From Selaginella moellendorffii (lineage: Eukaryota > Plantae > Lycopodiophyta), in the NCBI RefSeq assembly GCF_000143415.4, contig NW_003314269.1, forward strand, positions 1 to 64,000: DNA of 64,000 bases, read 5' to 3'. Position numbers and translations under genes: made by a program. Of this stretch, positions 1 through 10,800 are shown piece after piece. The notes under the pieces were generated by a model. That model had not been told where the DNA came from. It did not search any database and was given only the letters and a program-made list of their open reading frames with translations. Position 1 is the stretch's first letter; each line of letters starts with the position of its first letter.

Positions 1-17
1 TTTTTTTTTTCCTTGTT

Positions 18-348
18 GAAGGGGTGGGAAAGATCGGTTCGCGCGCGAACCAACGTCTCCCCACCTTCATTTTTTCTAGAAGCGAGCTTTCTTGATTTTT
101 TTCATGTTTCTAGTGGTGAGATTTCTATATTTTAGAAAACAGAGAGAGATTGAAATGTCGGTTCTTGTGCGAACCGACATCTTCAAGGTTTTTTTTTTTA
201 TTTCATTGACTTGATGGGGCATTTCATGTGAAAATTAGAGGGTGGAAGATGTCGGTTCTTGCGCGAACCGACCTCTCCCGTATTCTTGTTGTGTTTTTCC
301 TTTTTCTTGAGAGGTAGGGTGAGGTCAGTTCTCGCGCGAACCAACCTC
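18..348. repeat. Four palindromic GGTTC-N6-GAACC hairpin repeats (subterminal-type repeats)
   Basis: GGTTCGCGCGCGAACC 36-51 (perfect palindrome, arms extend to ~18-68); ATGTCGGTTC-N6-GAACCGACAT 155-180; GTCGGTTC-N6-GAACCGAC 251-272; GAGGTCAGTTC-N6-GAACCAACCTC 321-348. Confidence 0.85.
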
Positions 349-494
349 TCCCAGTGACTTATGTTTTTTTCCTTTGCATTTCTTGTAGTTTACAATCTAT
401 TTTTCACATCTTTTACTTACAAACTTTTCTTGTGAGAGCAGATATAAATCAAGCTTGACTGCTTGAAACTTCCAAAAAGGGACTTGAACTTCAA

Positions 495-3400
495 ATGCCA
501 CAGGTTTGCTTTACATTACAAGTTAGATGTTTTAATAGTTTTGCTTTTTATTTTAGAGGAAGCGCCGAGGCCAACCTCAATGGTCTCGATCTCCAGGAAA
601 AGGCAGCCGCCTTGATCGCTGTGGGCTTGGCCGATTGAGTGGAGATTCATCTCAAGTATCTAATGAAGTTTCGGCTAGTCATGCTGGAGGCAACGATGAG
701 TATAACAATGACGTGGATGTTGAGATGAACACTCAAATCGATGTTGGTGTTATTGAGGCTGTTGGTACTGGTGTTCCTGAGGCTGCGGGTACTGGTGGTG
801 GGGTACTTGCATCTGATGTTGGCGGTGGTGGGGGTGCTATGCCTTCGGTTGCTGAGGCTGCTCGCGGCCAGGTCAATGAACCAGCTGAGGACGTTATTGG
901 TAGCGTTGTAGGTGGATCTACTACAGAGGCTACTGGGGGCATGGTAGCTGCTCCTACTGCTCCTCAGGCTGGTGGTGCAGGGGGAGCTAATGGTGGTGAG
1001 GGATTATGCATGCATGATTCTGACACCATCTTGAATGATTGTGTTCGGGACACAATTATCCAAGCTCAAGAACGGACAGTCAGTAAAGTGTTACAGGAAA
1101 TGGCATGGAATGGCCCTCATCGATTTCTAGTTCCTTTGTGCCGATTGGTTCAAAGCCATTGGGTGCGCTCAGCTTACGACCTCAACATGGCTATCTACAG
1201 CTCCTTTGCCGAGGTCGGGTTTGGGAGCACAGCTGGTACCTTCATCGTTTCACCAACTTTCCCTGGAACCGGCCGGACAGAGTCAGTGACTACTGAACTT
1301 GAGGAAAAATGGGATCCTATATGGCTGCGAAAGTCTCGTGAGTTTGATGGATTCTTAGGACAACATGTGGAGACAGCAGGGTTCATTGGAAAGCTCTTTT
1401 GGGTGATCGATGGAAACCATAGGTGGCTGGCATTTTGGAAGTGCATTCAAGAGAAGTTCCGAGATGACGAAGAACGACACATTAGTGTTCCAGTCACACT
1501 TGTCGAACCAATGACTCGGGAGCACACTGTGAAGCTCAACATGGCATGCCATAAGATCAACATGTAAGAATTTATTTTTTGTAAACTTAGCTAATATCGT
1601 GTTTTTGCAGGCTAAACCAATTTGCGTTTCAAGCTCATACATTGGTACATGACATTGAGCACCTTCGGTTTATGGGCATGCTCTCGCTAGAGGAGGTCCA
1701 AACGTTGTACAATCGTGAGGTATTTGAAGCAATTCAAGTGAAGCTAGGAGCTAGGAAAGGCCAAGAATTGCAGACTTGGTACCAACTGCCACTTGATTTT
1801 CTAGTTGCTGTCTGGGCGAAGGTAAATTATTATTGAAGTATGTATCAACTTACATAATGTTTCTTGCAGCCCATAATCAAAGGAGAAAGAGCGTCATTCT
1901 TTAAAAATGCTCGAGGGGACGAGCAGCAGAAGGAGATGGAGTGGCATGCGATTGAGTAGCGAATTTTGAATACGAAGAGAACAAAGGTGAAAAAGTTGCT
2001 CTCGATTGCAGACATACGACGCGGGCAGGAATGGCTTGATAGCATTGCCGAGATTTTTTCTCGCGTTCGTAAGTTCTTATAAAATTTGTGAAACATTTCA
2101 TAACTCTTTGTGTGTGTAGGAACTGGTAAAGCACCGGAGGAACTCATTTACAACATCTCTAAGAGTAAAATGTCCTTTGCTGAACAAAGTGTCTGCTTGG
2201 AACTTCTCAACACTTGGCTGCGAAATAACGAAAAACGCTGCGAGATAAGGATGGAGAAGGTGATGAAGGAGAAGGCGTACATTTCTCAGAGTATTGCCGC
2301 TGGTGAGGAGATGCTACAAGTCTGGGATGAGAAGTTTCTTTCCAGCACCCGCACAGGTATCACTCTCGAAGAATATATTCGTGCTTGTCTTGCGGAGCTA
2401 GGGAATGGTTGGCTTCCACGTGGTGGGACGAGTTCGGCTGAGTTCAAGAACCAACCAGGACAACCATTTCTTACGAGGCGCATGGTTTACAGGTATTTTT
2501 TCAATTCTCATTTATATATTGGTATTTATATTTTTGTTTTACTTTGTAGATATTTAAAATATAGCCCCGGCGCACTGGTATACACAACCGGTGTTTTGCA
2601 GAAGCTCCTGACTAGAGGCAAGAAGCTTGGGATGTATGAGCCAGAGTTCTACTGTCCTTGTACACATGAGAGGGAGCTATGCCCGTGGTACCTTGAACTC
2701 GTGGAGCAGATGCCAACATCTGACTTCGAGCTAGATCTCTACCTTGAATGTCATCCAGGTTCACTTGAAACTCAGCACTTAGCTAGGAAATATTAACCTT
2801 GAGTTATATTCTTATTTTCCAGAGGCTCTTTCTGACTGTGATAACGACATTGTTGAAGTTCAACAACTAAACCTAGAAGTCAGCACTCAGGAAACCATTC
2901 AGAAGATGCCAAATCCAAATACTGTTGAACTAGAGGAAATTGTACAGGAAATTCCAGCACAAGAGATTCCAGTACCTGCTCCTCGCAACCCCCGAAGGGG
3001 CCGTCATGAAACCTTTCATGAGAGTAAGGACTTTGATTTGGAACATTCTTTTATTCATTCTTGACTTCACTTTTTTTTTTATAGATGTTGCAGAGAGCAG
3101 CCATCAGTCTTTTCGGCGGACTAAGACATTCTTCCCATCCCTCCCTACGGCTACAGATGACGACCTAGAAGAGCTCTCCTCTGCAGCGATGCATAAACAG
3201 GTTAGTAAGCATGAATTTTATCTTCAACTTTTAGTTCTAATAATTGATTTTCAGGTTCGCCCTCTATCCCCAACGGCCAGTGTTGGGGAAGTTGCTATTC
3301 TCATTGGGGATTACACACAGCTTTTAGATGCTACTAGTCGGGAGCTCTACATGCTTGATCGGTGGATCCATGGTTTGGGTCAGCTCACACCTTATGGGAA

Positions 3401-4353
3401 GATCGATTTCATCTTTTTTGATCTTCCCGATGGGATGGCACCACCACAGGGGGATACTCTGTCATGGAATGTGTTGTAGGCCCAACACATTTCCCAAGCC
3501 TTAAAGGTTGCGAGCAGCTTCATGACATACGAGGGTGTGGTTGTCATGATCCTTCCTCGCTCTCTAATGTGGGAAGGCCTTCTCGCACACTTGGCTGACA
3601 ACGATGATGGATTTGTTGAGTTTTCATCTGGCTGCCTTCTTTCGAGTATGGCGGTGGACACAAAAGGCACTAGCAGGCAGACGCGAAAGGTGTGTGACTT
3701 CTTTATTTATAAATTAACTCTATTCTATTTTTTTTTTCCAGATTTATTCCTGGAACTACCATGCTCTATGCCACATTGGGAACCGGCGTAATGCCACACG
3801 AGCTGACGAGCGTGCTGCTCTTGCTTTACCAGGATATGACAGCTCTACAGACATCATCCCAAATGTGATTGACTCGGACGTTCTTCACCCAGCGTTCCCT
3901 GGTTATCGACATCGTTCGGTCACGGCCATGCAAATCTTGTTGGAGTTATTTTGTCCGCCAAAGGGGATTGTGCTTAATGCTACAGCAGGATTTGGATCAA
4001 TGGTGCAGGCAGCAAAAGAGACAGGCCGAGCGGTTTTTGCACTTGAGAAGGAGGGTGCCTTTGAGGACATTCTTAGGAGATTTTGCGACAGGTGATGTTA
4101 GTGCTTGAAATAATCTATAATATTTATTCTCAAATGTTTCTATTTTATTAGGTCTACACTTATCACACACAGTGTTTCAGTCCACACGCTTGATCTTGAT
4201 GATATGGATGATCATATGGACCAAAGTCAATTCCACTTACCTATTTATGCTGAACGTATGGCACAACATTACATACAACACGAGCCTATAGTGAAGGAGC
4301 ATTCCACTATACCCATTTCTACTTTTCTGGATATGGAAGCAGAAGAAGATTGA
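495..4353 (+). pseudogene. ParB/Srx-like domain + beta-class N4C/N6A DNA methyltransferase-like fusion, 11 exons, ~1103 codons, two premature TAG stops
   Basis: Hand-spliced exons 495-503, 557-1563, 1611-1821, 1870-2068, 2120-2492, 2550-2758, 2823-3023, 3085-3200, 3255-3689, 3742-4091, 4152-4353 are all GT-AG and phase-consistent. ParB-type FWVIDGNHRWLAF (IDGNHR 1406-1423). MTase motifs occur in beta order: ILIGD...IDFIFFDLPDG (3420-3431), TYEGVVVMI, then HP...MQILLELFCPPKGIVLNATAGFGSMVQAAKETGRAVFALE. In-frame TAG at 1957-1959 and 3477-3479. Confidence 0.75.
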
Positions 4354-4549
4354 ATATATTCTGATTTTAATATAAATTATATTGTTTAATATATTATTTT
4401 CTTTTTTTGTAGACTAAAAGATTAGTTCATGTCGAACCAATAATCTACATGAGCTTATGGAATACCTTAAACACCTAGATTTTATGTTAAAAATTCTTGG
4501 TTCGGGACGAACTAAGGTAGTGCCATTAAACTTTCGCTAGTTAGGGGAT

Positions 4550-5496
4550 TGTATTGACTTCCTTTGACTTTCGTTGACTTTCATTGACTTGAGCTCAGCT
4601 CGTGAGCTCAGCTCAAAAACTACCCAGCCCCCGAGATCGAGTCCGAGACCGAATCCGAAGTCGGATTTGAAATCGAGTCCGAGATCGAGCCAAAGACTAA
4701 GTCCAAATACTAATACGGGTCAAGGGGTGAAAGCCCAAAGCGTGCGTCTCCCAGGGGGGGGCTGCAGGGGGTTCCAAAAGTATAGTAGGGATAGTGAGGT
4801 CCAAGAACCAGTTTTGAAGGGACTCTCTAATAAGGCTTCCAAACCGACTTGAGGTTGAGACTGGGACCGAGGGGCCTTGGGTGGGAGTGAGTATGGACTT
4901 GGTTGGTGCCGGAGGGGCCATCCAAGGAAGTGCTCAAGAGCAGCTCCCACTCCCAAAAGTAAAACCAATTGCGGTGCTCCCAGCTCATGTGGAGTGGTGC
5001 CCCACTTGAGTACCATGTGGCTCATTGGTCCTTGCCCTTCCTAGGGGCTTGGACCTTCCCTTCGGGATGGAAGTGGGGGGGTAGAGGTACCCATACCGGG
5101 CCATTAGGCTACGGTGTTTTGCTCCGACATCCCGAAGCAAGTGCTGCACCCAAGGCTTGGGATTTAGAGGGTCCCATGATCAAGTCTTGTTGTACCAAGG
5201 GGTGTTAGGAACCTGGAGGCTTGGTGTGCTTGGCTGCTTGTGCCTGTGGGGAGTGTAGCCGAACCTTAAATCCAGTCTAACCCGGGAAGGGGGATTGGGA
5301 GAGATTTGGGAATCCGTAGATGGATGGTTAACACTCTGTTGTTTGTGCAGTGAGTAGCGGAAACCAAGTAGGACCAAGTAGGAGCTGGTACAATAGGCGA
5401 GAACCTTGGCAAGGGAACTTAGCACAAGCCAAGGCAATGTTGGTCGGATAGACGAGGTAAGTTGGCAAATTGGAAAGGAAAAATTTGTGGCTTACA
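4550..5496 (+). mobile_element. Isolated LTR related to the 6312-13922 family (3' LTR or solo LTR)
   Basis: TG...CA ends, preceded by purine-rich AGGGGA. The 3' end GGAAAAATTTGTGGCTTACA resembles the reverse complement of 6312-6350. It carries degenerate CCGAGA/CCGAGT repeats and the GGGTGAAAGCCCAAAGCG...GTATAGTAGGG module. No matching TSD. Confidence 0.6.
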
Positions 5497-5534
5497 CCCT
5501 GATGGTTTTCTATTATTCTAAGAGGAGGGGATGA

Positions 5535-5890
5535 TGTGAGGTCCCAAGTGTATAGCTATGATGCCATATACTAATATTAGCATAGTGGGATTTTGGTAGC
5601 TGTTAGATTGGTTTCAATCTAGACTACTCGCTCTTATATATAAAATAGAGTTTTTAGGCTAATTAATATGTATATTTTCTATATTCCCTTTCCATATTCC
5701 ATGCACTCACACCATATGTTAGTCTCATTTTGGTCCTATTAATTATTTATAAAAATTGTCTAGATAGATAGAAATTTTACTAAACTTATTCTCATATCCA
5801 AATTTACAATTTAACACCATTTTAAATTTAGTAAGTTTTTCAAAATTATCCCAAAGACCAACTCTTTAGACTAGGGTGAAAACACAAAGT
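5535..5890 (+). mobile_element. AT-eroded remnant of the chromovirus-type LTR seen at 62255-63775
   Basis: TGTTAGTCTCATTTTGGTCC, AGTAAGTTT and TAGGGTGAAA segments match 63200-63410; preceded by purine run GAGGAGGGG. Confidence 0.45.
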
Positions 5891-7310
5891 GCTATTGGGC
5901 TCCTCAACCCTTGTTGTATAAAAAAGTTTTTATCAATTGGAATTAAAAGAAGGGTTATGTTGTTTTTGCTATTAAATTCTAATGCCCTAATATAACAAGT
6001 AAGCTGATGAATTTGAGAAATTCTAGACTCTGGTCATAAAACTCAAACACAAATGAATTGCTATGGATGGTCATATAATGGACCATAAATAGTCCTAATG
6101 TAATGACCCAAAATGCCCATTTAGATTCTAGGGAATATCCAGGAATCCTCTAGGAATATTCAATTTCATGGATTTCATATGTAAAATATTCTTCCAGACC
6201 AATAAGGAAATGCCACATAGCAATTAACACACTATACAAATCTCATTATTGTGTGACATATCCTTATCCTAGGGCTGATGCCAGACATGCATATCTCTTC
6301 TTAGAAGTGCCTGTAAGCGACTAAATTTTCCATTCTACTTTAGTCACTTAACCACACCTCTGACCACTTGGAGGAGTCTCATTCACAACCTCCATAAGTC
6401 CAATCTAGGACTTGGGACTTGCTAGCCCCGAGAATGGCATCCATGCCACTCAACATTTGCACTTGGTCCAAGTGCTCCACGTGTCCGATCCCATGACCGA
6501 CACTCAAAGGTACCACCGACATAGCAGCCCGTTACGCTAAGGCCATGCCCAATCACCTTTGCCACACTGGTAGTCCAATACCACTTGCATCACCGTCTTG
6601 GCTCTCCAAGACTAGGCAAACCATCCGTGAGTGGTCATCTTAGATCCACTCCTTAGCATCCTTAGGATGCCCACCGACAAGGGGAATAGCCTTCCCCAAT
6701 ATCCCTCTGTCAGTCCCCACTAAGTCCCTTTCTGCCCCTGGCCGTGTTTGCCAACACTGCCACTGGATCGAGACCCACAGGCCCGACCACTAAGTCCCAC
6801 GGTCCTCTGGGACTTCCTCACCACACGACTGTGTCCTTGGTCACTACCCCAGAGGACTGCTCCTCTTCCTTTCCACAGTCTGGGCCTTTGGGACAACATT
6901 TCGGAACACCGTGGCCTTACGCGAGCCACCTGGGTACTCTCCTCGCCTTCTGCCCTTGGGTGCTCTAGCCATGGGCTTAGAGCGGGTTCCGTTGAGCCAC
7001 ACCAGGTATCCAAGTAGGTAGTGCCACCCACACTTGGACTGAGAGCATCGGCCAGTCGATCTCCCGGGGGAACTAGAGCCGGCTCTTGAACACTTCACCA
7101 AGCTACCCCGCTTGTCAGTCTGTGTTCACTCTAGTCTTGGACTTCCCAGTGGGCAGCTCATCACCCAACACTGGGTCCGGCCTTCCTGGGCCAAACTAGC
7201 CTTTCCTGGCCAAACTGGCTCCACTGCAGTCCTCCCCCTACTATACTTTTGGAGCTCACCAAACCCCCCAGGGTCTGGGAGACGAACGCTTTGGGCTTTC
7301 ACCCTCTCAG

Positions 7311-7425
7311 GCTCCGGACTCGGACTCGGACTCGGACTCAGACTCGGACTCGGACTCGGATTCGGACTCGGACTCGGGCTCAGGCTCGGTCTCGGCCTCG
7401 GCCTCAGTCTCAGTCTCGGTCCCGA

Positions 7426-7463
<38 letters not shown>

Positions 7464-7836
7464 CCGGTCTCGGTCTCGACTTCGGACTCCATCTCGGACT
7501 CCATCTCGGACTCCATCTCGGGTCCATCTTGGGTCCATCTCGGACTCCATCTCGGACTCCATCTCGAGTCCATCTCGGACTCCATCTCGGACTCCATTTC
7601 GGGTCCATCTCGGGTCCACCTCGGACTCCATCTTGGACTCCATCTCGGACTCCATCTCGGGTCCATCTCGGACTCCACTTCGGACTCCAACTCGGGTCCA
7701 TCTCGGGTCCACCTCGGACTCCACTTCGAACTCCATCTCGGACTCCATCTCGGGTCCATCTCGGACTCCACTTCGGACTCCAACTCGGGTCCATCTCGGA
7801 CTCCACTTCGGACTCCAACTCGAGTCCATCTCGGAC
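7311..7836. repeat. Minisatellite inside LTR: (CTCGGA)n, (CTCGGT)n, then (CTCCATCTCGGA)n variants
   Basis: Directly visible; produces stop-free overlapping ORFs in several frames. Confidence 0.95.
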
Positions 7837-10800
7837 ACTCCCACGTGTCATGTGTTGGTCCTTTTGGGTCCCTTTTTGGAGCCTCGCCTTTTGCTCGCTT
7901 CGTGCTCGTTCCTCGAGCACTTCGTTGGGAGTTCCACTCCCGCTCTTGACTTTTCAAGTCGGAGCTTTTGGTCCAAACGTGTTACGCTCGTTTGGCTCTC
8001 GCTTCGGCCACTACCATGTGGCGCCCTTCCGGCTCCACTTTGGGGCCTAGGGATTTTATGTCTCACAACTCCACCACCCATAGACGAAGTTCGATGTCCT
8101 CATCAAACGGTGAACCATTTTATAAAGTAACACCCGCATGTGTTACCATTTCCATCCTTGGCGCGTAGCCAATATTTGTCAATGGTGTGACATTGAAGGC
8201 TCACCATGCCTTCTCCATATTCGTCAATGGTTGGACATTGAAGGCTCACCATGCCTTTTGCATATCCTCTAAGGAGGGTAGTCTCTCCAACTTAGAGACT
8301 GATTGGACCACATATAGTGGTTCTCTCCTTTTATTGGTTTAGTTTTCGCTAAACCTCTTAGAGACCCTTCTCTAAGTCAATCCCACTACTTCTTCTCGAG
8401 TAGTCTCAATTTCCATCGATATAACCTTTGCACTTTGGAACTTTGAATTTTGACTTCTTGGAGTCAATTTCCTAGGTGTCTCCGACACCTTGCCTTGCAC
8501 CTTTTGTGCAACTCCACTTCCCATCCTAGGAAGTTCTCTACTCAAGGGCACCATCATCCTCTCTTCTATTTCGTGCCAAAGTTCCAGTTATCATATTTTG
8601 TGCTAGGGCTGTTCATGGCCCTATCATTTGGTTACCTTACCGCTCCCTCCCTTGGAGCTTCCACTTTCGCCAAATCGGAGCATTTTGGAATCCCTCCTTG
8701 GAAACACACTTCCTTTCCCGCAACTTGTTAGCGTCCAACACATTAGTGTTCCTCGCCTAACTTTGTCACTTGGATTCCTTCCAAGGGATTCCACGGCCTT
8801 ATCTTGGCCACTCATCTTTTGCTCCTATCCGTTGATTGTTGCACCAAGCAACATCGAATCTCTACCTCCCTCCTTGAGGTATTGTTTCGGTTCCATAGCA
8901 AAGACTCTTCTTTGCCAAGTCCGGAGGATGTTCACCCCTAGTACGTCTCTTTAGCATCTTCTGCTATGGGCTCTATCCACGGCCCAACTTCGTGACCCTC
9001 CCATGGGTCTTTTATAGAGACTACTTTCCTCGGACTCACTATGCCATCGCACGGACATAGTTTATTTCCCTTAGGTGCTCTTCCCACTTGGTCATCACGA
9101 CCAAGCCACACCACCTTAAACAGTTCAATTTCAACATTTTGAACCAGGAACTTCATTCCTTAGCCAACCAAGGACCTTGTCCTTATCTGGCCATAAGATC
9201 ACCTAGTGATCTCACCTTGGCACCTTAACAGAGTTGCCAAGAGGTACTTGGTCTTCTAGACCTCCAAGTTGTTGACTATAACCCCGGGGGCATCCCCCAC
9301 ACTTGGCGGTGCACCCAAGCTAGCCCTTACGGCCAAGGGTTCATAGCAACTGAGATTAGGTGTCCCCATCTCACTCACCACGACCTTGGTGCCACTTGCA
9401 CCAAAGTGTTCAAGTTAGATATGCTGAGCTTTCACACTAAGCAATCTAACCGTGCATCACGATTCCGAGGCATCCCTCGCTTGGCGGTGTGCCCAAACCA
9501 GTCTCCCCACTGAGAGTCCATGACCACCGAAATATGAGTGTCCTCATATTCCAAACCATCACCACGCCCTAGTGATTTGGGACTCGAACCCAAGCACTAG
9601 AGGGTCGGGACTCGAACCCAACCTCCGTATATGCATCTACGGACGGCATCACACAAGATGCCTGGCGTGACTCCCCACGCCGGTGCACCAACTTATTTTT
9701 AAAGCGCGCTACAGATCACAGCTTAGGAACCTAGTTCCTCCACACTGCCAAGTCCTCTCACTTGACATGTCTGTGATCATGCATGGACTCCTCCATGCTC
9801 GGCCCCATGGCCCACCCTTTTTGAAGTTATCACCTTGAACTAGGGTATTTGTTCCCCCGACGTGCCAATCTCGCTTGGCAAGTCCTTCGACCACTGTAAC
9901 ATGGTTCCTGCATAAGCGTGAAAGTCCTTGATCATCGACTTTCGTTCAAAGCCCTCTCTTTGAACACTCGGGAACTACTTCCCTAACCTTGATAGCCTTG
10001 CCTCATGGCAAGCTTCAAGACCACGCTTCTGCTGCGCCACTCTGATTTCGCGCGTTCCATGAACCATTTACACTTGGCCTTTCTAGGTACCAAACTACCT
10101 AGAATCGTCTTTGGGAACCTTGAAGGAACTCTGTCCCTCAGCTTGCTAAGGCCTCCCTTTTTGCAAGCCTTCCAATTGCCACATAGTCTAACATGGCCAA
10201 TTCCATATTTTAGACTCTCCATGGCATCACAGTTGCTAGCGGCAACACCCTCGAGCCCCCACTTGATTCTCCACTCCCAGCTGGCATAACCAACCTTGGT
10301 TATGCCCTTTGATTCCTACGGTTCGGTTCTATCCCCTTACTTCTTGCTTTTTGGCTTCACACCTTTCCTTTGGTCATTCTCCTCCAGACCAGGAGGATAG
10401 CTTTGCACTTTCTATCATGCTTTAGCAAGTATTCTTAGGGATGAACCTACCCAATAGCCTAGGGAGTGGTTCCTCAATCCGGGTATGCTCACCTTATAAT
10501 CCCACACACTGGGATTACATTGTTGCTTATGGGCCTTTACATGCCCATCATTAGCCTTGCCAAAATTCCATTTTTGGCTTTGTCCAACTCGGGTAGACAG
10601 TCCTCTCCTGTCTCCGCAACCTTGGACATTTGGATAGCACCTTTTATCCATCATTCGCTAGGGACTTAGTCCCTTGGGCTTTATCCATTGCCCTCGCGAC
10701 ATCAAACACCACCTTCTGGTGTTCTAGAGTGTTCGGGTGTCCCAATGATGGCTTTCTTGACAATGAGTATTTCCTTTTATGACATTGACTTACTATATCG

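Larger units (their letters stand above)
1..4522. mobile_element. Right part of a putative CACTA-like DNA transposon carrying the ParB-MTase gene (left end outside window)
   Basis: Terminal TAGTG (reverse complement of CACTA) at 4518-4522 lies directly after two more GTTC-N5-GAAC palindromes (4424-4438, 4499-4513) of the same type as 36-348. Unrelated LTR sequence starts ~27 bp later. No transposase is seen in the window. Confidence 0.5.

Noticed and set aside
7311-7836. Possible CRISPR-like array
   Set aside because: Tandem units without unique spacers, no cas genes, eukaryotic context.
7112-8130. Six overlapping 144-312 aa ORFs (and their copies at 12889-13988)
   Set aside because: By-products of a stop-free minisatellite within the LTRs; no domain signal.
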